DNA from: Paraspadella gotoi
Lineage: Eukaryota; Animalia; Chaetognatha
Reading direction: 5' to 3'
DNA: 64,000 bases
Assembly: GCA_051294375.1 (NCBI GenBank)
Contig: CM119267.1
Location: 21,682,044-21,746,043, forward strand
Positions 48,914 through 59,924 of this stretch are shown piece after piece. The notes beneath the pieces are model-generated. The model made no database searches. It saw only the letters and a program-made list of their open reading frames with translations, and was not told the origin of the DNA. Each line of letters begins with the position of its first letter. Position 1 is the stretch's first letter. Made by a program: the position numbers and the translations under genes.

Positions 48914-50518
48914 AACCAATTGAGAGGAGAATACATTCACATTTTAAGAATAAGATCAAAAACATCTACTAGTATTTTAACCAATGAGAGAACCAGATAT
49001 TCAAATTCAAGGCTAAAATTTAACCAATTTAGAGACATACCAGAACTATTGGAAGTCATTTTCAATTAAAAACTTTAAACTCAGGATATTTGAGCCATTA
49101 AAATAAAGCGTCCAGGGCTCAATTCAGATAAAAATCATTATAAAACTCTTTTAACACAATGAATGAAAGTTATTTTTTTAACTTTTTTTGTGATTTCTGT
49201 CTCATTTATTCTTTTCTTTCTTAATTATTCTTTTCTATAAAAAGTTTAAATACCTGTAACGTCAATTTTTAGAATTTTTCTTGTCCTCAATTTTTCTGGT
49301 CCTCAATTTTTCTGTTCTCAATTTCTTTTAAGTTGCTCGCAAATAAGGAAATAAGGGTAGTATGTATACTTAGACAATTATAATAAATTAATAAACCCCT
49401 TACTTACGAGGTGATTACTAATATTACATATATTATAATATTACAAAATATTACAAATATTAACGATGGTGGGCACACGTTTAATAATATTAAATCATCA
49501 TGTTCGGCGATACAATGAAACAAACAAGAGCACAATTCTCATGCACTGCTTGCCTCTAACGTCCTTTTAACTTGCAAACCGATTTGAAACAAAAACCTAA
49601 CCCTTTATGTGAATGACGTTACATTATAAACGTATTAACAAATACATTATTTGAACTAATTTATCTATTTTTAAATAAAATAGCTAAATAAATCATACAC
49701 AGTATTTACTCAGTCCCATTTCAAAAAACTCCTGATTTCATGAATTGGCCATGAATGCGAATAAGTTTATTTAGCTTTTAAGCCAATTGGGGAAAGAAAA
49801 TTTTTTTTTTCAATTCAAATGAGCGCAAGAAAAAAAAACGAGAAAAGATCTCGGGAGTCGGAGAATCTTTTAATAAACGGACCAATCAGATCCAGACTAC
49901 AAAAGATCCAAACCAATAGCGATCGGCTATTCATCCGATTCCCCCTACCCGCTTCTTCCTCAGCCTCGAGTTCGAGAAAAAAAAAACTTCGCAAGAAAAG
50001 CAGGGAACTCTATTTTTCTTTATATGTGAACCAGAAAGGGGGGGTGGAAAAAAAAGGAAGGAGGCAAGAGGAGGAGGAGGGAGAGCAAACAGAAGAGAGA
50101 GGGGAAGGAGGGAGGGGTAGATAGGGACTAGAGCTCGGGGGGACTTGAAAAAGGGCGAGGGCAAATAGTCTGAAAATGTTGAAACCACCGTGTATGTTTC
50201 GTGAGTTAAGCACGAAAAATATTTCAAAACTTTGGGAAATGAAAACGGGAATTCGAGAATTTCATTCGCTTATGAATTCGCATATTCGATACTTTAATGT
50301 TTATGTGTAATGTATTTTTATTTTGATAGATTTAGTTTTTGTTTCTCGCCTTCTCGCTCTCTCGTCTCTCTCTCTCTCTCTCACTCCTCTCTTTTCTCAG
50401 TCGGGAGGGAGCGCTACCAGTTCGGAGTTCGATGAGTACTTTTTCTGCCGGGTTTTAATATTCGAAAATACCGTCGGGAGCTTTTTCTCTCTCTCTCTCT
50501 TGCCTCTCTCTTCTCTGT

Positions 50519-50600
<82 letters not shown>

Positions 50601-51321
50601 TTCTCCTCTTCTTCTTGCTCTCTCTCGCTCTGCCTATTTTTCTTTCTCCCTCTTCTCCAGATTGAAAAACGCTTTGACTCATGCCTGAATAACTTACCTG
50701 GAGCGCAGAAAAGAGGTGGCGTGATGGATGCGGTTCGTTGGGTAAGGGAATTATGTTTGAATCTTTATCCTGTTTGGAAAGAGATGATAACATGACTCAG
50801 GGTTGCCAGAAACTTCTTTTCTTTCTTCAAAGTTTTTTTTTAATTTAGATATCGAATCATTTTGATTATTTACAAATATCCTTGCTTTAAAATTGAATGA
50901 AAGCGCCATTAAAATTATGATTTTGTAAATTAATCTTTAAAAGAAATATCCAAAATTTATATTCACTTTACGTAGAATTCTGAAACATTAATATTCTGCT
51001 ACGTACGGGTTCGTTGCCTATATATAAACATGCGTACAACCAAACCAATTATATATATCCTAACTTCAGGTTTCTTTCCAAGACTGGTGCTTCTGCCCCG
51101 AACGTTGGGGTCTCGCCTTATGTTCCAGAGGTTGACCCGTTTTCTCTTTCCCCTTTATGAATCTAAAACAAATTATAGAGACGTTATTCTTAACCCCCCC
51201 CCGCCCCTTAAAAAAAGAAAGAAATAAACGTTGATTCTCCAAGCCATCGGAAAGTTTAAAATAAAAAGTAAGTGAAGAACCGAATTCTTTTGACTGGGGC
51301 TGATGCTCGTCGGGGAAGATT

Positions 51322-51652
51322 AGAGGGTGAGGCGAGGGTGGGAACTTGGAAAGAAAGAGTGGTGAGGAGAGGGTGTGAACTGGGAAAGAGAGAGGGTGAG
51401 GCGAAGGGTGGGAATGGGAAGAGATGAGGGGAGGTGAGGGGTGGAATGGGAAAGAAAGAGTGTGAGGAGAGGGTGCTGAAACTGGGAAAGAAGGAGTGTG
51501 AGGAGAGGGTGTTTGAATGGGAAGCGAGAGGGTGAGGCAGGGGTGTGAACTGGGAGAGAGAGGGTGAGGAGAGGTGGGAATGGGAAAGGGGAGAGAGGAG
51601 GAGGAGAGGGATGTGACTGGGAAAGGAGAGGGCGGAGGAGAGGGTGGAATGG
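51322..51652. repeat. Degenerate ~30-35-bp purine-rich minisatellite
   Basis: About 10 units of gagggtgaggagagggtg(g/t)gaa(c)tgggaaaga. Confidence 0.75.
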
Positions 51653-52092
51653 CAAGTGGGAATCAGTTACATGATTACGAAGAACTAAATCGAAGATAGA
51701 GAAAACATAAAATTAAAAGGGTGAGAAGGTAGATGAAAAAAAAAATTATCAAGAAGTCTAAGTTTAAGGCAACCACAATTATGAAAAAGCTTCCTATTGG
51801 AACGTGATGTGAGTGAAAATTGAATAATGCTGAAAAAGATTTCCGTTAAAAAGAATTCTCTCTTTTCTAACAATTGAAGAAAGACGGAAAAAATAATAGA
51901 AGAAAAAGATCGAGGTTGGATTAAGAGTTTTTAAAAAAGGAACATAATTTTTTTTCCAATTTTATTTTAAAATTATGTATTGATAATAGTAATTCATTAC
52001 TTAAGTCGCCTTGAATGACTCTTTTCATAGTCAAACAACTAACTGTGAATTCCCCAAAAATAAACCTGAGAATTTCGAAACATTCTGGTAGG

Positions 52093-52165
<73 letters not shown>

Positions 52166-55100
52166 ACTTTTTTCCGTGCAACGTGACGATCCGGAGTTAT
52201 ATGTGCTTCTTGGGATGTTCAGGTTCAAGATATTGCTTTTGACGTCAGCGTTCTAGTCGTCGTCGACCTATAAAAGGTAAGTTGACTGGGAACTTATTCA
52301 GTGGTAAGGGCCTCGTGGCGAAATGGTGCCTAAGAGGCAAGGTGGAGAGACCGAAGCAAGAAGTTAAGAGGAGATGCAGGTGTAGAGGATAGATAATAAG
52401 TAAAGGGGAGGATGATGGAAGGAGGACTCCTCGAAAGGTGTAGGTGGTCAAAGGAAGAACTTGTGACAAAGATCTGAAAGAGAGAAAAAAATGGAAGGGA
52501 ATTTTTATGTCAGGAGAATTCTGTTCTCACCGGCTCGCGGGTTGAGGGCTGGAGAGAGGGAAAAGGAGAGAAGGAGAAAGAGAAGAAGGAGACAATGATG
52601 AGAACGAGAGAGAGAGAATGAAGAGAGAGAGAGAAGAGCGAGAGAGATGAGAGAGAGAAGAGAAGGGAACTGGGCCACGATAGCTAGAAGACTACTGGAG
52701 TCAAACAAGAGAAGTAGGGAGAACATAGAGTGTGAGAGTTTGAGAAATGCGGTTGTAAAAAGACAATAAAGCAAAAATGATACTTAGACCTGTAGCTTTG
52801 AATAAAAATCAAAAGAAGATCCCACGGGAGTCGTCATAGCTAATATGTCTTGCATATGTTCTATGTATGGAGTCGTGCTTATTTCGATGATGATTATTCT
52901 TTTTTCAAAGCGAATCATATACGTTATATTTTTTGTTTCTTTTTTGGCATTCGGTGGGTAGGGAACGTCCAGCAGCATTGCGCGCGCTTTTAGTTCAAAC
53001 GACCGTCTAATTCTCGGAATTGAATTGAAGATCGAATCTTCGGCTTGAGGTTTCCAAAATTTTCCAGTTCGATCGAACCCGAATCTAAGTCTTCAAATAC
53101 CAAACTGTTTCCAACAGAGGGACTCGCGAGATTCTCATAGCTGTTCGTATGTCAATCCTTCTCTCCTTCTATCCTTCAGTTCGCTTATATTTTCCCTCTC
53201 GTTACTACCTAACCCACCACTTTTGAGTCCTAATTCCGTCCGACTCCCCCCCCTCCCTTTTTTCTAGTCCTTTAAATCCCCCATGACCTTCAACCGGTGA
53301 GCCCTGGAGTCACGTTGACCCGCCAAAATCCTTTCCCTTTTTTTCTCTTTATTTCCAAGATGGAGCCAATTCATTACATCTCGGATTTCCTCTTCTCTTC
53401 CTCCTCCCGTCGGATAGAAGGCGGGTCTCTCCCGCTTGACCTCCTCGCCAATTTTCTTCCCCTCAGAGGATCACCATTTTTCCGACGGGACGAGATGAAC
53501 GACGCACAATTCGACCAACTGGAGCAAGGACGCTGACGACGCGACGACAGTACGGTGTTCTGAAAACAAAAACAACGACATAAGAATCTCTATAACTGCG
53601 ATAGATCGTTGGTTGATGCACGGAATTTATGGAAGTCGGGAGGAGAGTTATTAGAATTAATAGTTCAGAGGCAGAGAAGATAAGATAAAGTAATTTAAGC
53701 GAGATACAAAAACTTTTCTAGTTAGAAACGGGAATATGTTATGATCGTAATTATTAAACAATGTCAAGGATGAGCGTCAATTTTATGCTTACACTACTGG
53801 ATAAGTTTTTTTTAAAAGTGTATTTACATTAACTGAAATATAAAATACAAATTTCTGTTTTAGCGGAATTTTGAAACTTCGTTTCTACTGTTATAACACG
53901 CTGAGAAATTGAAATGTTAAAGAATAGAGAGCTAGTATAGTGTAAGAGTTATCATACAATTGGCTTTATAAATAAGAATGTTTTATATTTAACTGAATAA
54001 AATGACATACATATTATTCAGTTAGCAGAGATTCGAAAAATTCGTTTCTCTACTTTAATAAACACACTGTGAAATGAAATGTATAGCAAGTGAGCTAGTA
54101 TATTGTAAGTTTCATACAAGTAGTACTTTCTAAATACTACACCCGATTTTGAATATACGGAATGTTTTTCGATTGATTTCTCATATAATCACAGAAGTAC
54201 CAAATGGGCAATCTTGTTATAACACAACGGGAATTTTCAAATGTATTGAATTATATTGTTATATATGTAATTAAAAAGTTTACTTTACTACTAATCAGTG
54301 GAGGTTTGAGGAAAAGTTGCATGGGAGAAGAGAGTGGGACAGGAAACGAATGTGGTGAGATTTCTGTGGGCTGGCTGAGTCGGTGAGGAGGCGGGTGGGT
54401 TCAGTAACTCGGTCGTCGGCTTCACGCTGCGCAGCGTCGACTCGACGCCCCGTCCTCACCTGCGAGCGAAAGCAATAAAATCTCCCCGACACGAAGGTAA
54501 GGACATGTGGTGAAGGGACGCTAGGGGGGAGGAGATAGATATAGAAAAGCCAGTGAATGGTTTTGGGTGACGTTAAAGAGGGTTGGGAAAGATGTAATAA
54601 AGTGTTATTAAAAATGTTAGAACGATAATATTGATAATGTTTGAGATTGGATTTTGTTTTAAGATTAAGGGAAACCCTTATATTGAATTAGTTACCCATT
54701 TTTATTTTGATTATTTGGCTGCAATTTCGAACTTAGAATTTTATGTTCGCTCAGAAAACCGAACAAAGCCGAAAAAAACAAAACAAAACATAGCATTTGA
54801 CTCAGGACAGAGGCGCTGGGGTTTTGTCTTAAGCGAACTCAGGAGGTTGATAATTTAAAAGCTCAGGACACGACCGGGGCTGCGGGGGGGGACTTCGTTC
54901 CTATTGAAAGCGGAAAACGAGGGGGGGGGAAACGCAGTAAAGAATTATGTTACATCGTACTTGGCCATTGTTACAAGTTTGAAAAAAAGAGAAAACAATA
55001 TAAGGTAGCTATATCAATACTTGTATAATTACTACTTATGCTTATCAATACAAGTTGATATTTGAGTTCACGTACTTATTAATCTACTATCTTCTGTGTA

Positions 55101-55744
55101 TTACGAGATTGAAACTGATATTTTTGATTCTATCAGTTTAAAGGAATCTTCGTTGCAGTTATCGAGGTTTAAAATGTTTAAAAAAAATCGTATAGCGAAA
55201 TTTAAACTGGAAAATGAATTGAAATTGAATGAAAATTGAAAGCGAAGTCGTATGCCGATGCACGGTTGCCTCAGACCTCCAGGAAAAAAAAAAAATTAAA
55301 AATTCGAGCGAAAAAGTCGTGTTCATCGATTCGATTTTTTAGGTTAACTTGATAAGTTAGATGGTCTTACGGGCTTTCTTTTCTTTTCACTTTCTTTTAC
55401 TCTCTAAAATATTTTTTTTATTTTGCCAACTGCCATTTTCTATACTTTGGTCAATTTGCCATAAAATGATAAGGCGTTTTTGAAAGCTGATTCTCACCTT
55501 GGCATATGTGCATAATAAGGACGTAGTAAAAATTCTCTAAATTTAACTTTAATTAAAATTCTAAAAGTAGGAAACGAAACAACATTATTACTAATAACAA
55601 TTCATGTAATAAAAAAATTTATATACAATTTTTACAATTTATCGCAGTAGGCCATATTTATACTAATACTAAACCAATAAATGTTAAAATTTCAAAACAG
55701 TTTTTTTATAAAAAATTATGGCAGATTGGATTCGTCATAAAAGT

Positions 55745-55966
55745 TGAATTGCCGGTGACTCAAAACGAGAATTTGGAGAAAATTCGAGGCGTGTTTTTCG
55801 TAATGAAGAAAACGTATATAATCAAAAACAGAGTAAAAAGCAAAAAGATAAAAATAATAACAATAACAACTCGTATTTACATTGGCTGAGAAAAAGGTCA
55901 GCCATAACAAGGATCAGGTAAACAGGTCATTCTTATTGACCATACGATACTACGGGTCACAAAGTA
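55745..55966. repeat. Dispersed AT-rich repeat, also at ~39515-39730 and ~63825-64000
   Basis: Shared gcggtgactcaaaac..aattcgaggcg..caaaaacagagtaaaaa..gtatttacattggctgagaaaaa..ccataacaag. Confidence 0.8.
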
Positions 55967-58900
55967 CAAAGACTTCGTCGTCGTCTTCTCGTTGTATTCG
56001 TCGTCGTTTCGTTCGTCGTCGTCGTCTTTGTTCAAATCATTTGAGCTTCCCAAATATCCCCCCCAAGCGCTGTCGTCGACTTGGTTGACGTCAGGGATGA
56101 CAGGTTGTGGCTCAAATTCTTCTTCGTCGATCGGCTCCAACGTTGCCGGGAGTGGTAGGCGCTTGCAGCGCCTAGTGGGCTGGGTGCGGGTTGCTCTCGA
56201 TCGCCTATTATCAGTGGCATCGGGAAAAACGACATTTTTCCGAGTTTTTCCAGTGTTCTTTCTCTCGTCAATCCGCCCGGTCTCCACGCGTTTGGGCGGG
56301 CGTCCGCGAGGTGGAGCTAACGGAGGCGCTGGAGGATTTTCAGCGTCCATGGATGCTGGCTTGATGCGATCGATAGTTACGGTTTCGTTGCCTCGGCCGG
56401 GTTTCTCGATGATGACGTCACGTTGGTGCCATTTGATGACACGGTAAGGTCCGGCGTAAGGAGTCGCAAGGGCGCCGGCGTTGTTAGGGCGACGGACGAA
56501 AACAAACTCCGCCTCCTTGAGGGTAGTTGGCATTCGGCTTGTCGGCTCGGCGTGGGCGGTGCCGGAGATTGGGCGCATGAGTGCAACATCGAAACGGAGG
56601 TTGCGAAGGATCTCTGCTCGTTGGGTGGAGTCGACTTCTGGATTGGCGTTCTCGGCGTCAATCAGCTCACCGGGAATAGTAAGTACATCGCCGATGACCA
56701 ATTCAGCCGGAGAAGCGTCAAGATCGTTTTTATAAGTGGTTCTAAGTCCGAGGAGGACCCACGGAAGTTGAGAAATCCATTTGTCAGCAGCGTTTTCGCA
56801 GCGTGCCTTTAGAGATGCTTTCAAGCTGCGATGCATCCGTTCGACCATGCCGTTTGACTGTGGATGGTAGGCTGTGGTAAAGTTTAATTTAAAGCCCACT
56901 GTTTCAGCGAGTTGGCGCCATAAGTCGGACGTGAATTGGCTTCCACGGTCAGTAGTTACAGTAGCAGGTACGCCAAAACGCGCGACCCAATTCTGAAGAA
57001 AGGCAGCAGCGATGGTCGGCGTTGTAGTGTCGCGGAGAGGGATCGCTTCTGGCCAGCGCGAAAAACGATCAACGCATGTGAGCAGGTGGGTGTGTCCATT
57101 AGAGACAGGAAGGGGACCAACGATGTCGACATGAACATGTTGAAAGCGACGCTCGACCTGCGGAAATTGTTGGGGAGGTGCCTGGATGTGTTGGTGGATT
57201 TTTGCACGCTGGCATTGAGTGCACGTGCGCGTCCATTCCGCCACGTGTGAAGATGCTGATGGCCAGACAAATCGGCTCGTCACCATTTTTTTGGTCGCGC
57301 GGACGCCGGGGTGTGAAAGGCCGTGGATTGCGTCAAAAACGGGGCGCCGCCACGTTTCCGGAACGAGGGGGCGGGACCTGCCACTGCTTACGTCACAGAG
57401 GATATTGACGCCGTCCACTTTTACCCTTTCAAAGCGCAAGCTGGTGTGGGCGTCAGCGAGAAGGCGTTGCACATCCGCGTCGTCTTTTTGATCCAACGCC
57501 ATTTTTTTAAAATCGATTCCCTGTGAGGTGACGGCATTGATGGTCGCTCGGAGGGTGGGCGTGGCTGCTGGTGGAAGCGTGCGTGAAAGGGCATCTGCAA
57601 CGACGTTTGCTTTCCCCTCGATATGACGGATGTCTGTAGTGTATTCAGCAATTGCCGCAAGTTGATAAGTTTGCCTCATAGTATGGGGCTCTGACTTTTT
57701 CCTAATCGCTGGAACGAGGCTGTTGTGGTCTGTAAACAGTGTAAAGGGTCGTCCTTCGATAAATGGCCGGAAGTGGCGCACGGCGCGAAAAGCAGCGAGC
57801 AGCTCTCTGTCAAATGGAGGCCATTTTCGTTGATGTTGCTGCAAGGGAGAAGAGAAAAAGGCTAATGGCTTCCATTCCCCATTTACAGTTTGTTCCAGTA
57901 CCCCGCCTATTGCGTTAAGAGAGGCGTCGACCGTCAGCGCTAGTTGGGCGTCATCCCGGGGGTGGACAAGCATTGTTGCCGAAGCGAGGGCCTTTTTCGC
58001 GCTAATGAATGCTGCGTCGCATTCGTCGCTCCATGCCAAGTGCTTTGGTTTTCCTCGAAGGGCACTGTAGAGGGGCTCGAGGATGTCAGCGGCATGGGGG
58101 ATGAAACGCCTATAGTAGTTAAGGACGCCAAGAAACCGTTGAAGGTCCTTGATCGATGTTGGCGTTGGGAATTTTTCGATGTCGTCGACTCGGCCAGGAA
58201 GGGGCGTGATACCGTCGGCGCTGACGTTATAACCAAGGAACTCCAGTGAAGAGGCACCAAAGACACATTTTGATCGATTGATGATGAGGCCGTTACTCTC
58301 AAGAGCTTCGAAAACGCGTTCAAGATCCTCCAGGTGCTCGTCGAAGGACGTCGAAGCGACCAGAATGTCGTCAAGGTAAACAAACACGTGAGGAATTCCA
58401 GCCAAGATGACGTCCATCATGCGCTGGAAATCTTGAGCAGCGTTCTTTAGGCCGAATGGCGTCCTGAGATATTCGTAAAGGCCGAAGGGTGTAATGATGG
58501 CGGTCTTTGGTATGTCTGCCTCGTGAACTGGAATTTGGTGGTAACCTTTGTACAGGTCGACTTTAGAGAAAATGACTTTCCCAGATATTTCCGCATTAAA
58601 GTCGGATATGTGACGAATTGGATATCGGTCGTCTTTTGTCACCGCATTGAGGCGGCGATAATCACCGCAAGGACGCAGGCCGCCATCAGCCTTTTTTACA
58701 ACGTGTAAGGGTGACGACCATGGGCTTCGACTTTTTCGAATAATGCCAAGTTTTTCGAGTTTGTCGAATTCGGCCTTGGCTGCGGCGAGTTTCTCTGGGG
58801 CAAGGCGACGCGCAGGCGCATGGATTGGCGGGCCTTCGGTGAGGATATGGTGCTCCACACCATGGCGGGGCGTTGATGGGTCGAAAGAGGGTGTCGTCAG

Positions 58901-59362
58901 AGTCGGGCGTTTGTCCAAGAGCTGTGTGAAAACGTTGTGGACGACGTTGACGCGAAAAGGTTGTCCGGGTTTAACTTTCCCGGTGACGGTCGTGAAGTCC
59001 TGGCAATCTACTAAGACTTCAAGCTTTGGAAAAGGGGCGAGGTTGTGGCCCATTAGGAAATCATTTCCTAGAATGGGCGTGGTGACGTCCGCAACAGTGA
59101 AGTCCCATTCAAAATCGCGCTTGCCAAGGCGGAGACTTATTGGTCGCTTGCCATAGCAAGGAATGGGCGTTCCGTTCGCGGCGTGGAGTGGCGTGGCGAT
59201 AGTACCGGCGCGTCTCTCCGAGTCGTTTGGAGAGACGAGAGAAACGCTGGCGCCGGTATCCACGAGCCACGTGAGATTGTTGCGGGCGTCATAAACATGC
59301 AGAAGCGTCTCAATCTCGCCGGCGGCGGCGCTTACTTCCGGCCGCCGGCTTTCGCGTTTCCC
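55898..59362 (-). CDS. pol: Ty3/Gypsy Pol polyprotein (PR-RT-RNase H-IN), intact
   Basis: LVDTGAS protease; RT PFGLKNAA and YLDDILV; RNase H LTVDAS, DRELLA, FTDH; HHCC zinc finger; integrase HVDIVGP, TTDRGSQF, NGMVERMH; GPY/F motif YAGPYRV. A G-rich PPT-like tract is at ~56058-56064. Confidence 0.97.
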   Translation of the reverse strand, partial: GKRESRRPEVSAAAGEIETLLHVYDARNNLTWLVDTGASVSLVSPNDSERRAGTIATPLHAANGTPIPCYGKRPISLRLGKRDFEWDFTVADVTTPILGNDFLMGHNLAPFPKLEVLVDCQDFTTVTGKVKPGQPFRVNVVHNVFTQLLDKRPTLTTPSFDPSTPRHGVEHHILTEGPPIHAPARRLAPEKLAAAKAEFDKLEKLGIIRKSRSPWSSPLHVVKKADGGLRPCGDYRRLNAVTKDDRYPIRHISDFNAEISGKVIFSKVDLYKGYHQIPVHEADIPKTAIITPFGLYEYLRTPFGLKNAAQDFQRMMDVILAGIPHVFVYLDDILVASTSFDEHLEDLERVFEALESNGLIINRSKCVFGASSLEFLGYNVSADGITPLPGRVDDIEKFPTPTSIKDLQRFLGVLNYYRRFIPHAADILEPLYSALRGKPKHLAWSDECDAAFISAKKALASATMLVHPRDDAQLALTVDASLNAIGGVLEQTVNGEWKPLAFFSSPLQQHQRKWPPFDRELLAAFRAVRHFRPFIEGRPFTLFTDHNSLVPAIRKKSEPHTMRQTYQLAAIAEYTTDIRHIEGKANVVADALSRTLPPAATPTLRATINAVTSQGIDFKKMALDQKDDADVQRLLADAHTSLRFERVKVDGVNILCDVSSGRSRPLVPETWRRPVFDAIHGLSHPGVRATKKMVTSRFVWPSASSHVAEWTRTCTQCQRAKIHQHIQAPPQQFPQVERRFQHVHVDIVGPLPVSNGHTHLLTCVDRFSRWPEAIPLRDTTTPTIAAAFLQNWVARFGVPATVTTDRGSQFTSDLWRQLAETVGFKLNFTTAYHPQSNGMVERMHRSLKASLKARCENAADKWISQLPWVLLGLRTTYKNDLDASPAELVIGDVLTIPGELIDAENANPEVDSTQRAEILRNLRFDVALMRPISGTAHAEPTSRMPTTLKEAEFVFVRRPNNAGALATPYAGPYRVIKWHQRDVIIEKPGRGNETVTIDRIKPASMDAENPPAPPLAPPRGRPPKRVETGRIDERKNTGKTRKNVVFPDATDNRRSRATRTQPTRRCKRLPLPATLEPIDEEEFEPQPVIPDVNQVDDSAWGGYLGSSNDLNKDDDDERNDDEYNEKTTTKSLYFVTRSIVWSIRMTCLPDPCYG
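59300..59362 (-). promoter_or_regulatory. -1 programmed ribosomal frameshift signal (gag-pol)
   Basis: Slippery heptamer G_GGA_AAC (59362-59356), a 6-nt spacer, then a perfect 9-bp GC stem (59349-59341 / 59326-59318). Confidence 0.8.
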
Positions 59363-59900
59363 ATTGCGCAGGGAACGCCCGGCCTGACTTCGCGGCAGTT
59401 TCTGGCGCGATTGCCGAACTCCGCGTGATACCAGCAAGTGTTTCCTTCCATTTCCGTGGCGGCCGATGCTGCTCTTGGTGGAAGGGGGCGCTGGCGTCGG
59501 CGCTGCTCGACTCGCTTCCAAGGCCTTTGGCTGTTATTGACAGCGCAAACCTCGGCGTAGGAAAGAGGTCGGTCGGGGTCTTCATCTTCATCGGCGTTGG
59601 CAGAGACGGCGTTGATGGTGCAGGCGGATGCAGGCGGTTTGACAACAAGACTGCCAGCAGCATCATAGAAAGCGTCTGCTGCTGCTGCGGCTTCGTCGAG
59701 AGAATTGTTGTCAGTGAACGCGATGGCGCGGACGTGGGAGGGGAGAGCGTTAGCCAAGATCTCCTTGAAGACCACCTCCATTGGAAGCTCGGAGAAAGCC
59801 GCGCGAATGATCGTTGCCAGCTGAGATGGGGTGCGGCCGCTGAGCGTCATCTGGCGCAGCATCCTCTGCGCCAACTGTCTTGGTTTTTCGCCGTTGTTAG
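59332..59900 (-). CDS. gag: Gypsy Gag, C-terminal part (N-terminus lost at the junction ~59905)
   Basis: Has LSGRTPSQL, LPSHVRA and the CHCC knuckle CWYHAEFGNRARNC..C typical of CsRN1/Kabuki/Boudicca-type elements; overlaps pol in the -1 frame. Confidence 0.88.
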
Positions 59901-59924
59901 TTGTTGAGAGAGGATCTCGGCACG

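Noticed and set aside
52177-52468. Possible solo LTR (likewise ~54290-54520)
   Set aside because: GC-richer island with promoter- or polyA-like words, but no partner copy, clear TSD or convincing PBS in the window.
53290-53560. In-frame TGA as selenocysteine
   Set aside because: No redox motif or SECIS element was recognised, and the frame itself is unproven.
55992-59907. Numerous plus-strand and alternate-frame ORFs within the Gypsy element
   Set aside because: They are shadow ORFs of a GC-rich coding region with no independent motifs.
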